From Selaginella moellendorffii (lineage: Eukaryota; Plantae; Lycopodiophyta), in assembly GCF_000143415.4 (NCBI RefSeq), contig NW_003314272.1, forward strand, positions 1-51,962: a stretch of DNA of 51,962 bases. Reading direction: 5' to 3'. How positions within the stretch are numbered: the first letter of the stretch is position 1; each line of letters starts with the position of its first letter. The notes under the pieces were generated by a model, which worked only from the letters and a program-made list of their open reading frames with translations, had not been told where the DNA came from and ran no database searches. A program made the position numbers and the translations under genes. Of this stretch, positions 22,180-34,663 are shown one piece after another.

Positions 22180-25100
22180 CTAGCTGGGATCCCAGCTCTG
22201 CTGGGAAGTAGATATAGAACTAGCAAGGAATCCAGCTCTGCTGGGATAGATAGGACATCTGTTACATTGGTGACATGAATCCTAGAGAATTTCTTTGTAC
22301 ATAATATTTTTCATATAGACATTATGGTTCTGGAGCACACCTTGTCCTTCACATTATTTGATAGACATTGTAATTTGTTTCTTTGATGTTCCCTTTGAAA
22401 GTGCAACATAAGTTGACCGTGGACAAAAACTGGTCTTGGCAAGTAGATACCCATATTCTGTAATGTTTGTCCCTGAGATTTGCAAATTGTTATGGAAAAT
22501 GCAAGCCTTATCGGGAATTGTCGTCATTTGAGGATAAATGGCATGTCTCTGTCAGTTGGTTTTAAAGAGATTCTTGGTAGGAGGACTTTTTTTCCTTGCA
22601 TACCATTATGTAGAATTTCAGATTCTATAGCATTTGGTAGTACCTTGGTTATAATTAATTTAGTGCCATTACAGAGGCCTTTTTTAGTGTCAATGTTGCG
22701 TAACAACATTACGATACATCCGATTTTTATATGTAGCTTGTGTGGACGCATTCCAGATGGTGTTACTGAGTTTAAGAATTCTACAGGATAGTCTAACATC
22801 TCTTCATCTGAATCTGTTTCTATGATGTCAATGCTTATGTATGTTATTGATGTGCCAGTCATTCTCAAAAGAACTTGGTCATTCACTTGTAGAGAGAGAG
22901 AGAGATCATTTAAAGTCGTGAGAACAGCTTTCTGTGATAGGTTCAGATCATTTGGTTGTATGTGTTTTCCAAACACATTATGTATCAGTTCTCTAGTGGT
23001 GGATATTAGAGGTAATTTTATAACTTCTTGGTTGAATCCTTGGAGGCTAGGTAGGTTACCATTTCTGAGCTTCACAAGCCATCTAGACCATTCCTTTTCT
23101 TCAGAGTTCACCCTCATGTTTGTATGTAATGAGAACTTCACAAGTTTCCACCATATTGGTGAGGATTTCACACTGTTTTGGACAAGTTATGTGTGATGGG
23201 CTCTTTTTAGAACAGATAATGTCTATCTGAAATCTCCTCCTGTTACTAATGTGATGCCACCAAAATCTGTATCACAGTTTTTTATGTCACACAAGACCCT
23301 CTCAACAGCTTTAAAAGTGTGAATGGGTACCATGCTTATTTTGTCCCATATGAGTAGGTCAGCTCTTCTTATGACCTTAGCAGGTGCTGAATTCTCTCAT
23401 AGGTCTGAGGTGCATGTTTCTGTGATTGGTACTGAAAGCTTAAATGTTGAATGAGCTGTTCAGCCTCCTATAAGAAGAGTACTTGCTATTCCTGTCCACA
23501 TGACTGCTAAGACTTTCATGCCATAAGCAGTGACATATTTTATCAGCGTGTTAAAAAGGTATGATTTCCCCATGCCTCCAACACCATCAACAAAGAATAA
23601 TCTGCTTGTTACCTTTTTGTTTTGTATTGCATTTAAGACTTTGTTAAATATGTGAAGCTGTTCCGTGTTCAATCTGGTTTTTAGTAATTCAGCTTAGTCA
23701 GGTGTGCATGACACATAGCTTGTTTCAGTTGTTGTTTCATTATCTCCTATAAACTCTGGATCTGGTAACTCGTAGTCAGACAGTTTCTTGCGATGGTCCT
23801 GGAGTAATATTGACATTTCATGCAATCCATGTTGCACTGCTACTTCATAGTTGTGATTTCGGACCAAGTCTTCACACATGCGTTCCTTGAATTTATCCCA
23901 TAGTTTTTTTGAGATCAATGAGCTTGCAAAACAAACACATGACACTGAATAGATACCTTACTTTTGCAGGCATCTGAAATGTCAATGACTCTTCTAAACA
24001 TTTCTCCCACTCACAATCATCCTGTAGAAGTCCCATTTCTTGTGCAGTAGAATGGTATGTGTCATATGCAACACTGTTTAATACCTTTAAATCACTAAAA
24101 CTTGTAGCACCTTTTTTGTAGAGCAGGAGCATATATAGGTAGAAACATTCAAAGTCATGTGGTGATACAGTATACATTCTACCAACCACCTTGAATGCAC
24201 ATTGGCGTGGTGTCCACATTCTGTTTCTTGAATTCCATGTATACCACTTAGGAACCTTGTGGTACAAGAGTGTCCTTGCAAATTCATCAATCTTCTTTAG
24301 TTCAAACTATTTTGTCAGTTTGGTTATGGCCTTTTTGTAGTGCAATCTCTTCCTCACCCTTGTTGAAATAAATATTTTGAAGGTTTTCCAGGTGGATGTC
24401 CAGTCTCTCAATAGAATGTGATCTCCCATGTAAGTCATATCCATAGATCCTCCATATTCCTTCTGATACAGAGATATAGCAGCAGTTTCTGAAAGCCTTT
24501 ATTTCATCCCAGTCTGGTACTTGTTCAGGTGTTGAGTTCTTGTCCCTTCAAAGGCGTACCTCTGCACAATCATGTGTATATGTATATACACATGTATATA
24601 CACAACCCTTGTATATGTATTTGAATATATACTCGACACTTTTTACAGTGGAACACACCTCGACATTTATATGTGCTCTGTATTTATGTAAGAGGTATTT
24701 GTTGTATGGCACAGCAAACCTGTTGTCGATGGGACTGTATGTCCTTGGCGCCTTCTATACTTTGTTAACTGACCACCGACATTCTGTGTTTCTTCATCTC
24801 TTGGGTAGCGTGACTTACATTCACCATCCTTCGTGCATGAGCTGTTTGGAAATTCAGGCCCACAAGGGCCTTGTATCATGTGCTTTTTAACCAATTCATA
24901 TAATTCTGGGTCTAGTTTGGCATCTGGTATTTCGGCAGTAACTATATTGTCTATGTCATTGTTAGTTCTGATTTTATTATCTTTACCAAGGATCACCAAA
25001 ATATGACAGTGTGGTAGCCCTCTTTTTTGGAATTCAATCACATAGACATAAGCATTGACCTGGCCAAATATTTCTCATTTGTAAATGTCATCTATGAGTT

Positions 25101-26360
25101 CCTGTTTCTTGATGCGGAACACACGTGCAACCAAGTCAGGTCTGTCTGCAGTTGTTTGTCCTGGTAGAAGGTTTTCAATGATCTCTTTCCATTTAGGATT
25201 GCAGGTGAATGTTATGAACAAATCAGGTTTTCCATACATCCTTACAAGACTCATGGCATTCTGGTAGTTCTGATTCATCTGTTGTGGGCCTCCAGTGAAT
25301 GAGGATGGAAGTATTATTAGTTTTCCAGCACGTACCCTTTGCTGTTCGGCTCTGTTTATCACGAAATCTGAGAGGCCACCTTATGCTTCAGCACATAACT
25401 CACATTGGTGGTTTCTTATCCATGTTAGTCTGCCACCTTCAATCTTGGTGTATGTATCGACCACGTATTGTTGTGTGAGTTTTCCTGCTGTCAACACAGA
25501 GTTGAAATAGATGCTTCTTATGCCATTGTGACATATGCCCCGTATAGCAGATTTGTGTTGATAAAATTCCATCATTGTGACATTACACGTTTAAGTGTAC
25601 TGCCGTTATCTGTGTATTTTAATTATTTGACCATCCATCCTCTCCACTGGGAAAAACATTAGATAATAGGGTCACAATATGATGAAATGATTGATTCTTC
25701 CTTTGGATAGACTGTTATTCTACAGTCAAATGGTGGGTTCCCGCTTGGATTTGTAAAAATGGCAGCCATTTCATTTGAACACGGTGTATTGTATCTTTGA
25801 GGACCTGTTGTGCTCTCTCCCTTGATGTACATGACAATCTCTTGGGATGAAAGAGACATCTCACTCTCAAGTTCGTGCAACATCTTGAATGCTTTTGCAT
25901 AGGGATTGACTTCTCGTAACAGAACATCTAATCTGTACATTAGTTCCCAGTCGCATTTTTTGTTATGCATATTTCTCATTCTTGTTTTTGTTGCTTGTGC
26001 CGTATCTAGAATATAAAGTTGTGAATACATTGCTTCTTGATCGTCTCGTGGTCTGAAGCTGCCCATACAGTGATATACTTAACCGTGTATCTTAAAGTAG
26101 TATGGTTTGCCACCCAAAAAGTCTTCGATGTTTGCTCCCATGGAAGCAAATGCTAGAGCACTATTATAGTTCCTTATTAGTTCTTTGAAATTTCCCTGGT
26201 TTGAATTACCTTCTAGCAACCTCTGGATCAATTCAGGGAAATGGTTTCTATTTTTTATTTGGACATGGCTGCGATGACAGCATTGTGATTTTGTTTCCGC
26301 ATTAAAATGGAAAGCTCTGCAATGGACACATTTTTTTCCATTGGCCCTATGTAGTTTTCT
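22180..26360 (-). mobile_element. Helitron (decayed autonomous), 3' end at 22180/22220, 5' end not located
   Basis: Rep/helicase pseudogene followed by CCCAGC-AGA-GCTGGG hairpin + CTAG|T, present twice. Confidence 0.92.
22282..26360 (-). pseudogene. Helitron Rep (HUH endonuclease)/Pif1 helicase, many stops and frameshifts
   Basis: N-terminal CxxCxA...CC motif; LPSSFTGGP...GKPDLFITFTCNPKW; EFQKRGLPHCHIL (HUH); DGVGGMGKS (Walker A); LLRNIDTKKGLCNGTKL; QFPIRLAFSITICKSQGQTL; ends KNIMYKEIL*. Confidence 0.95.
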
Positions 26361-27444
26361 AGCTTATAGACAAGCATTCTCCATTCTAAAGGTAAAAAGT
26401 TGATGGTGCTAGAGACCGAGCAAGCTTTCAGTTACTCATGGAACTTTGATTATCATGCAGGGATTCTCAAGTTCTTCTCCAGCTTCCTTTGAAAAAACGT
26501 GCCACAGGTAAGAAGAATTCTCCCAATTATCTGGACGTTTTTCGTGACTAATACGTGATTGATCTCTCAGGGCGCTGCTACAACGTGCTACACAGCTTTA
26601 CATCCAAGCCTCAAGGACGTCACCAGGCAATACTTCGTGGATTCCAACAAATCCAACTGTAGCGCTTATGGCAGAGATCCTGAGCTCGCTCACAAGCTAT
26701 GGACCAGGAGCTTATAGACAAGCATTGTCCGTCCTAAAGGTAAAAGGTTGGTGGTGCTAGAGACCGAGCAAGATTTCGGTTACTTATGGAACTTTGATCT
26801 TCATGCAGGGATTCTCAAGTTCTTCTCCAGCTTCCTTTGGAAAAATGTGCCACAGGTAAGAAGAATTCTCCCAATTATCTGGAAGTTTTTCGTGACTAAT
26901 ACGTGATCGATCTCTCAGGGCGCTGCTACAACGTGCTACATAGCTTTACATCCAAGCCTCAAGGACGTCACCATGCAATACTTCTTGGATTCCAACAAAT
27001 CCAACTGTAGCGCTTATGGCAGAGATCCGAGCTCGCTCACAAGCTATGGACCTTCTCCCAGGAGCTTATAGACAAGCATTCTCTGTCCTAAAGGTAAAAT
27101 GTTGATGGTGCTAGAGACCGAGCGAGCTTTCGGTTTCTTATCATGCAGGGGTTCTCAAGTTCTTCTCCAGCTTCCTTTGGAAAAATGTGGCACACAGGTA
27201 AGAAGAATTCTCTCAATTATCTGGAAGTTTTTCGTGACTAATACGTGATCGATCTCTCAGGGTGATGCTACGACGTGCTATGCAGCTTTACATCCAAGCC
27301 TCAAGGATGTCACCGGGCAATACTTCGTGGATTCCAACAAATCCAACTGTAGCACTTCAAGCTATGGACCTTCTCCCAGGAGCTTATAGATAAGCATTCT
27401 CCGTCCTAAAGGTAAAGGTTGATGGTGCTAGAGACCGAGCGAGC
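26361..27444 (+). pseudogene. About 3.2 tandem copies (starts 26361, 26709, 27063, 27381) of the last two exons and introns of a TIC32/RDH-like short-chain dehydrogenase
   Basis: Unit consensus reads GILKFFSSFLWKNVPQ|[26 protein letters not shown]...[16 protein letters not shown], with GT-AG introns retained. Confidence 0.85.
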
Positions 27445-27713
27445 AACAAGGCCTTCTATGCGTTTGAGCACATAGAGGTAGCTTTGCGTTTGAGATATAG
27501 AAAGTATTGATCAATTGTTTGATGATTATTTGATCCTCACAGGCTGGAGGAGTTTGCCTCAACGATTCGCCAAGCATGCGCATTGATAGTCAGCCATACA
27601 GTGGGATCAAAGACTCTGGAATCCAACAAGAGGGTGTCAAGTACGCGATGGACAACATGCTCGAAACCAAAGTTTTAGTCATGGGCAATGTAGGCAACGC
27701 GTCTTTCTTTTGA
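27445..27713 (+). pseudogene. Inverted C-terminal piece of an ALDH21-like aldehyde dehydrogenase
   Basis: NKAFYAFEHIE|AGGVCLNDSPSMRIDSQPYSGIKDSGIQQEGVKYAMDNMLETKVLV...*. Confidence 0.85.
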
Positions 27714-27785
27714 TCAAGCTCGAGCTCGAGCTTTCGAGAAGAGCAAATACAGTCTATCCACAAATCATTGCTGAGTTGTCCTTGT

Positions 27786-28429
27786 ATGCATAAAGACGCC
27801 GGCTTGGAGACCGTAATGTGTGTTGTTAGCTTCCTTCACGGCTTCCTTGAAATCACCACTGTTTTAGTTTAGAGAAAAAAAAAACAGGAAGTAAAGAAGA
27901 ACTTCGGGAGCTTACTTGTATGAGTAGAAAAGGATCACGGGACCGAAAATCTCTTCCTTCCTTGCATCCATGTCAAAGGGAGCGTCTTCCAGGATCATTG
28001 GCTCCATGAAAGCTCCCCTTTGCTTACCACCAACTAGAAGTTTGGCGGCAGCCCTCACTGCCTTGTTCACGCTCTTCTCCACTGTAGCTGCTGATGACTC
28101 GGATATCATGGGCCCGATGGACGTGTCGTCTTGGCGAGGATCTCCACCTTTGAGTTTCTTAACAGCAGTGATCAATGTGTCCTTCACCTACACAACCAGC
28201 ACCAGATACGTTAGATCAAGGCTCGATTTGAGAACAAAGAATATAATAGAATTTAAAGACGAGTGTCCGATACCTCCTTGTAAACGCCACCTCTCACGTG
28301 CTGCATGTGAATGCACGACTGGCTGCTTTGATAGAATCCCCCGTGGACCAGCCTAGCGATTGTACCTTCCAAGTCTGGAACAAGATCTTCCACTATGCAT
28401 GGAGCATTGCCTCCCAGCTCCAGAACCAC
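27786..28429 (-). pseudogene. ALDH21-like aldehyde dehydrogenase catalytic-domain exons (N-terminal half missing)
   Basis: Exons 28274-28429 (VVLELGGNAP...FYQSSQSCIHMQ), 27916-28187 (...EEIFGPV) and 27786-27858 (DFKEAVKEANNTHYGLQAGVF). Confidence 0.87.
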
Positions 28430-29410
28430 CTGTAAGAGGAATCAAAGAAGTTGAAGAAAGTGAAGCTCCATCTAAAGGAAGACATAATAAAATAACATTA
28501 AATTTTAGTATCTTTAAAACTAAGAATAGTTTGCTAAATCAATTTTAGTCTTCAAGATTAGCATTTTCCAAAACATCCATCTTACAACTGATATAAATCC
28601 CAGCTGAAAATATGTTTCTTTTTTAATAATTTTCTTTAAAAATATATTTTATATTTTATATTTTATGTAGATAATGTCATTCTATAGTATTTAATAAAGC
28701 CAAAAATTTCATAGAGTTCGACTGAAGTAGTGGTTCTTGCAATATAAAATATATTTTAATTATTCATGTATATAGTAGTATGTTAGAACTAATTTTATAA
28801 GTTTTAGTTTTATATAATTTAAAATCTGGTTTGAACAATCTAATTTATAATACAAGAGAATGATAAAGAAGAGTGGATAAAATGAAAAACACTAACACCT
28901 TACTCATAAATAAAAAGTTTTATACACCAAAGTATATTTTTTAGAAATGTAAATAAAAAATAAATTAACCTTATATATATTATATTGATTATATTATTAT
29001 ATTATTGTAAATATATTATCATATATAAAATATGTTAATATTATTATCTACATAGTAATGTGCTAGATCTATATTTTTAATTAATAATTTATTTTTATAG
29101 TTTAAATATTTTTATAATTGATATTTATTTTTAAAAATAATTTAGACTCATATGGTCTCACTTCTTGAAGTTGTCTATGCTGAAAAATAATTTTATGGAG
29201 AACTTTTATAAGTAATTTTATCTTTTCTAGACAATTATTTATAAATATTAAAAGAACTATTTAATAAAGTACTTGTTGCTGGAGAAGTAGAAGCTACAAA
29301 GCTGGTCAAGCTAACCAATACTTACTTGATGGGGATTTTAAACTATGGGTTCCTCATCACGAGGAGCTCACCGAGTGTGTGATTTTCCATCATTGTGGAT
29401 TTTACTTTAT

Positions 29411-29411
<1 letters not shown>

Positions 29412-29470
<59 letters not shown>
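29412..29470. repeat. (TA)n(GA)n compound microsatellite in an AT-rich tract (~28480-32215)
   Basis: Direct observation. Confidence 0.95.
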
Positions 29471-29473
<3 letters not shown>

Positions 29474-30965
29474 TTAAGGTATAAATATGATTTCTAAAGG
29501 TTTACATCTTACTATTTCATTTGATTTGCCCTTGGCTTAAGAAGATTGATCAAATCAAACCCTCTAATCCCAAAGAAAAATGAACCTGCAAAAGATCACA
29601 ACCATCATTGAGATGTGTCTGAGATGGAATGTGTACCTCACAATATGCAACATGCAATGGCCCATTGTGATACTAATAAAGCATCAACCACTTAAGCCAT
29701 TTTGCTAGGCAATGTTATATCCTGCAAGACAATCTTACAATTCTACTGGACTCTATAGAACAAGAGCTAGGCTAATGATCATATTACAAATATTTTATAA
29801 GCAGAATTCTGCTGTAAATTTCTATCATCCAACAACTTCTTTAGAGCATGTTCTATGTTGTGAAAATTTAGGAGATTACACTAAATCATAGTTATATTTG
29901 AAACTTTCAGTTTATAATATAGCTAGAAATTAATATACATATATTTTTATGAACATTATAATGTGATTATATTCAGAATAGAGTTGTAATTATTGATAAT
30001 ACATGTAAATCATTTTTATATGTTGTAGTTATCCAGTTATTTAGATTATTAAAATATGTAAAGGTTAGATAGGTGCTGGAAAATATTTGGCACATAATAC
30101 CTCACACCAGATTACTGTATCATATCCCAGAATAATTGCATTTAAATTTCCAATATCTGCAATCTAAAATTTTAGAGAGGAAAATATAATAATTGCACTT
30201 TGTAAAGGGAAATTGCATTTGAGACTCACAAAAATGAGTACAAAAGAGCCAACAAGGCAAGTTTCTTATGCTCAAGTCTTATAGTCATTTTGCTGGTGTT
30301 TATATTACAAAATAAACAAATAAAAACATCAATTTTCTCTACACAATTCATTAGTGAAGCTAAGAACTAATATTTCCCTCAAAAAGGCCTGGAAGAACCA
30401 AATTGAAGCACTAGCTGCTGGTTGGGTTTATTTTTTTCTAGTAGCAAAGTTGTTTTTCTCTAGAGACAAATTGATCTTGAATCCCAGATTTTCTTACAGA
30501 CACAATCAAGGCTGTGTGAGGAATTCTGTGTAAGGGATCAGAGCATTGACTGTGGCACTAGATTCAGCCAAGAGTATGGTTCTTAGCCACAAACACTTCA
30601 ATGATGACATGGATTATTATCATAGCAAGGTCTATCACTAACTTAAAGGTATATAGCCATTTCTCCAAATGATTTTTACCACCTGTTGAATTTAGTTGCA
30701 TGAGAAACCTCTAAGAACATTAAGAGCCTAAGTGCTAACATAAGTATCAAATTTGGACAAGCTGAGAGTTCTTTGTAGGATGCTACAAAAAGAAACTTCA
30801 AACCATTACCATATCAAGAGCAATGACTTCACTTTCACTCAATATTTCCCAAACTCCTTTTATGAAATGTAGTGGATAAGCACCTGTCTGTAGAAATTTT
30901 GAAAGCTAAACCACATCCCCAATAAATCGGAACCTACTTTAATTTCTCTAATATTGGGTAAACCA

Positions 30966-31464
30966 TATTAGAACTAAGCTGAACATGCACACAGCCAGGG
31001 CAGGTAGCTCAGTGGTAGAGCACCTGGCACGGGTGTAAGAGGTCCTGGGTTCAATCCCTGGCCTGTCCAGATTCATTTTCCAATAAACCTCCAAAATAAG
31101 CACCTGGAACTGGTGTAGGAGGTCCTGTGTTCAATCCCCGGCCTGTCCAGATCCATTTTCCAACAAACCAAAATAATCATACTCCTGTGGTAGGCATGGA
31201 CTGGCAAGTAGGGATGTGCAAGTAGGGATGTGTGCATGGACTGGCAAGTAAAGTAGGGATGTGTGCATGGACTGGCAAGTAGGGATGTGCAAGTAGGGAT
31301 GTGTGGCGTGTTCAGCTTAAGGGGGAGTGTTAGAACTACTGAACATGCACACAACCAAGGCAGGTAGCTTAGTGGTAGAGCACCTGGCACCGGTGTAGGA
31401 GGTCCTGGGTTAGATCCCTGGCCTGTCCAGATCCATTTTCCAACAAACCAATATAATCATACTC
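30966..31464 (+). mobile_element. TRIM-like element with tRNA-like sequence inside ~120-140 bp direct repeats (Helenus-like), or alternatively tandem SINE heads
   Basis: Repeats at 30966-31085 and 31328-31445 (TGTTAG...CCAACA). PPT AAGGGGGAG immediately precedes the second. Partial middle copy at 31099-31184 and internal minisatellite at 31194-31304. Confidence 0.65.
30998..31069 (+). pseudogene. tRNA-like sequence (72 nt), non-canonical anticodon arm
   Basis: Acceptor stem GGGCAGG/CCTGTCC, box A TAGCTCAGTGG, D stem GCTC/GAGC and box B GGTTCAATCC. The anticodon stem is mispaired and U33 is absent. Second copy at 31358-31429. Confidence 0.75.
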
Positions 31465-32815
31465 TTTCCAAACAAATATACTATTTACTTGTAAATTTCA
31501 GTCATTGTTCTTCTCCTTGTTGGGGCACTTCTTTCTCTAAATACAATCAAACTTTACAATATAATTAAAAATTGCTTTATGCTTGAATGAAAGTGGGCTT
31601 TTATTCCATGCATAGACTCAATACAATTTCTGCAAATGAGAAATATAGAAGAGTAACTCCTAATTAATAATTATTGGTATATTCTGTTTTCTTATTTCTT
31701 ATAAAAGGTATTAGACTTATTTTTATGCTGTTAATATGCTTTAAAATTATTAGCTCTAAACATTATTCCAAAAACTACTCTCTACATTACTCATATAAAG
31801 TTTTACAACTATACCAAAAAAAATTTCAAACCCTTCATTAAAAAATTATTTTAATATTTAAAGGACTCACTAAAAATTGTGTTTAAAATAATTCAATATT
31901 ATTTTGGAATTTTTTCATATTTAGTTTAATCTATATTTTCCAATGGAGCTGGAATCTCAGCATCATCATACTCATATATATTAACACTACATTATTAAAA
32001 TTAAACATACTTTTGTAGTAAAAAGATTGTATATCGTAGACACAATAAAAAGACACAAAATGCATGAATATAAATATAAGGCATAAGGGAATATTGAAAA
32101 TAAATATGGAAGATATTAAAGTTCTTGAAAAAAATATAACACATAAAGTTAACATCTTTCACTTAGTATCATACAATTCCAAAACTTTCAGTCTGAAAAC
32201 TAAACTTCATAATATAAAGGACTGCTCCTCCTCCTTTCCCCCCAATTGGGACTCCGGGATAACATTTCGGAATACCGTGGGCCTACGTGAGCCCCGTGGG
32301 TACTCTCCCCACCTTCTGCCTTTGGGTGATCTAGCTATGGGCTTAGAGCGAGGTTCTGTTGAGCCACGCCTGGTATCCAAGTAGGTAGTGCCACCCACAC
32401 TTGGACTGGGAGCATCGGCCAGTCAATCTCCCGGAGGAACTAGAGCCGGCTCTTGAACACTTCACCAAGCTACCCCGCTTGTCGGTCTGTATTCACTCTA
32501 GTCTTGGACTTCCTAGTGGTCAATTCATCACCCAACACTAGGTCTGGCCTTCCTGGGCTAAACTGGCCTTTCTTGGCCAAACTGGCTCCACTGCAGTCCT
32601 CCCCCTTACTATACTTTTGGAGCTCACCAAACCCCCTAGGGTCTGGGAGACAAAAGCTTTGGGCTTTCACCCTCTCAGACTCGAACTCAAACTTAAACTC
32701 AGACTCGGACTCGGATTCGGATTCGGACTCGGACTCGGACTCGGACTTGGACTTGGGCTTGGTCTCGGCCTCCGCCTCGGTCTCGGTCTTGGTCCTGGTC
32801 TCGGTCTCGGTCCCA

Positions 32816-34663
32816 TGTGAGACACAAAATCCCTAGGCCCCAAAGTGGAGCCGGAAGGGTGCCACGTGGTAGTGGCCGAAGTGAAAGCCAAACAAGCGTA
32901 ACACGTTTGGACTAAAAGCTCCGACTTGAAAGGTCGAGAGCGGGAGTGGAACTCCCAACAAAGTGCTCGAGGAACAAGCACAAAGCGAGCAATAAGCGAG
33001 GCTCCAAAAAGGGACCCAAAAGGACCAACATATGACACGTGGAAGTGTCCGAGATGGAGTCCAAAAAGGGACCCAAAATGGACCAACACATGGAGCACGT
33101 GGAAGTGTCCGAGATGGAGTCCGAGGTGGAGTCCGAGATGGAGTCCGAGGTGGAGTCCGAGGTGGAGTCCGAGGTGGAGTCCGAGATGGAGTCCGAGATG
33201 GACCGAGACGGAGTCCGAGATGGAGTTCGAGGTGGAGTCTGAGACGGAGTCCGAGATGGAGTCGAAAGTGGAGTTTGAGATGGAGTCTGAGATGGATTGA
33301 GACAGAGTCCGAGATGGAGTCCGAGATGGACCGAGACGGAGTCCAAATGGAGTCTGAGATGGACCCGAGATGGACTCCGAGATGGAGTCCGAGAAGGACC
33401 CGAGATGGAGTCTAAGGTCGAGACCGAGACCGGGACCGAGACCGAGACCGAGACCAAGACCAAGACCAAGACCGGGACCGAGACCAAGACCGAGACCAAG
33501 ACCGAGACCAGGACCGAGACCAAGACTGAGACCGGGACCGAGACCGAGACCGAGGCGGAGGCCGAGACCAAGCCTGAGTCCGAGTCCGAGTCCGAGTCTA
33601 AGTCCAAGTCTGAGTCCGAGTCTGAGTCCGAGTCCGAATCCAAGTCCGAGTCCGAGTTCGAGTTTGAGAGGGTGAAAGCCCAAAGCGTTCGTCTCCCAGA
33701 CCCTGGGGGGTTTGGTGAGCTCCAAAAGTATAGTAAGGGGGAGGACTGCAGTGGAGCTAGTTTGGCCAGGAAAGGCCAGTTTGGCCCAGGAAGGCCAGAC
33801 CCAGTGTTGGGTGATGAACTGACCACTGGGAAGTCCAAGACTAGAGTGAATATGGACTGACAAGCAGGGTAACTTGGTGAAGTGTTCAAGAGCCGGCTCT
33901 AATTCCCCCGGGAAATCGACTGGCCCATGCTCCCAGTCCAAGTGTAGGTGGCACTACCTACTTGGATACCAGGCGTGGCTCAACGGAACCTCGCTCTAAG
34001 CCCATGGCTAGAGCACCCAAAGGTGGAAGGCGGGGAGAGTACCCAGGTGGCTCACATAAGGCCACGGTGTTCCGAAGTGTTGTCCAAAGTCCTAGACTAT
34101 GGAAAGGAAAAGAAGCAATCCTTTGGTGTGGTGGCCAAGGATACGGTCACGTGGTGAGGAAGTCCCAGAGGACCATAGGACTTAGTGGTCAGGCTTGTGG
34201 GCCTCGATCCAGTGGCAGTGTTGGCTAACACGGCCAAGGGTAAAAAGGGACTTAGTGGGGACAGACAGAGGGATATTGGGGAAGGCTGTTCCCCTTGTCA
34301 GTGGGCATCCTAAGGATGCTAAGGAGTGGATCTGGGATGACCACTCATGGATGGTTGGCTCAGTCTCGGAGAGACAAGACTGTGTTGCAAGTGGTATTGG
34401 ACTATCGGTGTGGCAAAGGTGATTGGGCATGGCCTTAGCGTAACAGGCTGCTATGTCGGTGGTACCTTTGAGTGTCGGTCATGGGATCGGACACGTGGAG
34501 CACTTGGACCAGGTGCAAGGGTGGAGTGGCATGGATGCCACTCTTGGGGCTAGCAAGTCCCAAGTCCTGAATTGGACTTATGGAGGTTGTGAATGAGACT
34601 CCTCCAAGTGGGCAGAGGTGTGGTTAAGGGACTAAAGTAGAATGGAAAAATTAGTCGCTTACA
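32816..34663 (+). mobile_element. Solo LTR, family B, inserted in the GAGACC array of another LTR B
   Basis: TGTGAGACAC...GCTTACA with TSD TCCCA/TCCCG. The host LTR resumes on both sides. Confidence 0.92.

Noticed and set aside
26654-26666. CAACTGTAGCGC in the SDR repeats matching the LTR A edge
   Set aside because: It is in-frame SDR coding sequence (SNCSA), so a chance match.
30998-31069. Functional tRNA-Pro(CGG) or tRNA-Arg(CCG)
   Set aside because: Anticodon stem mispaired, no U33, and the anticodon differs between copies.
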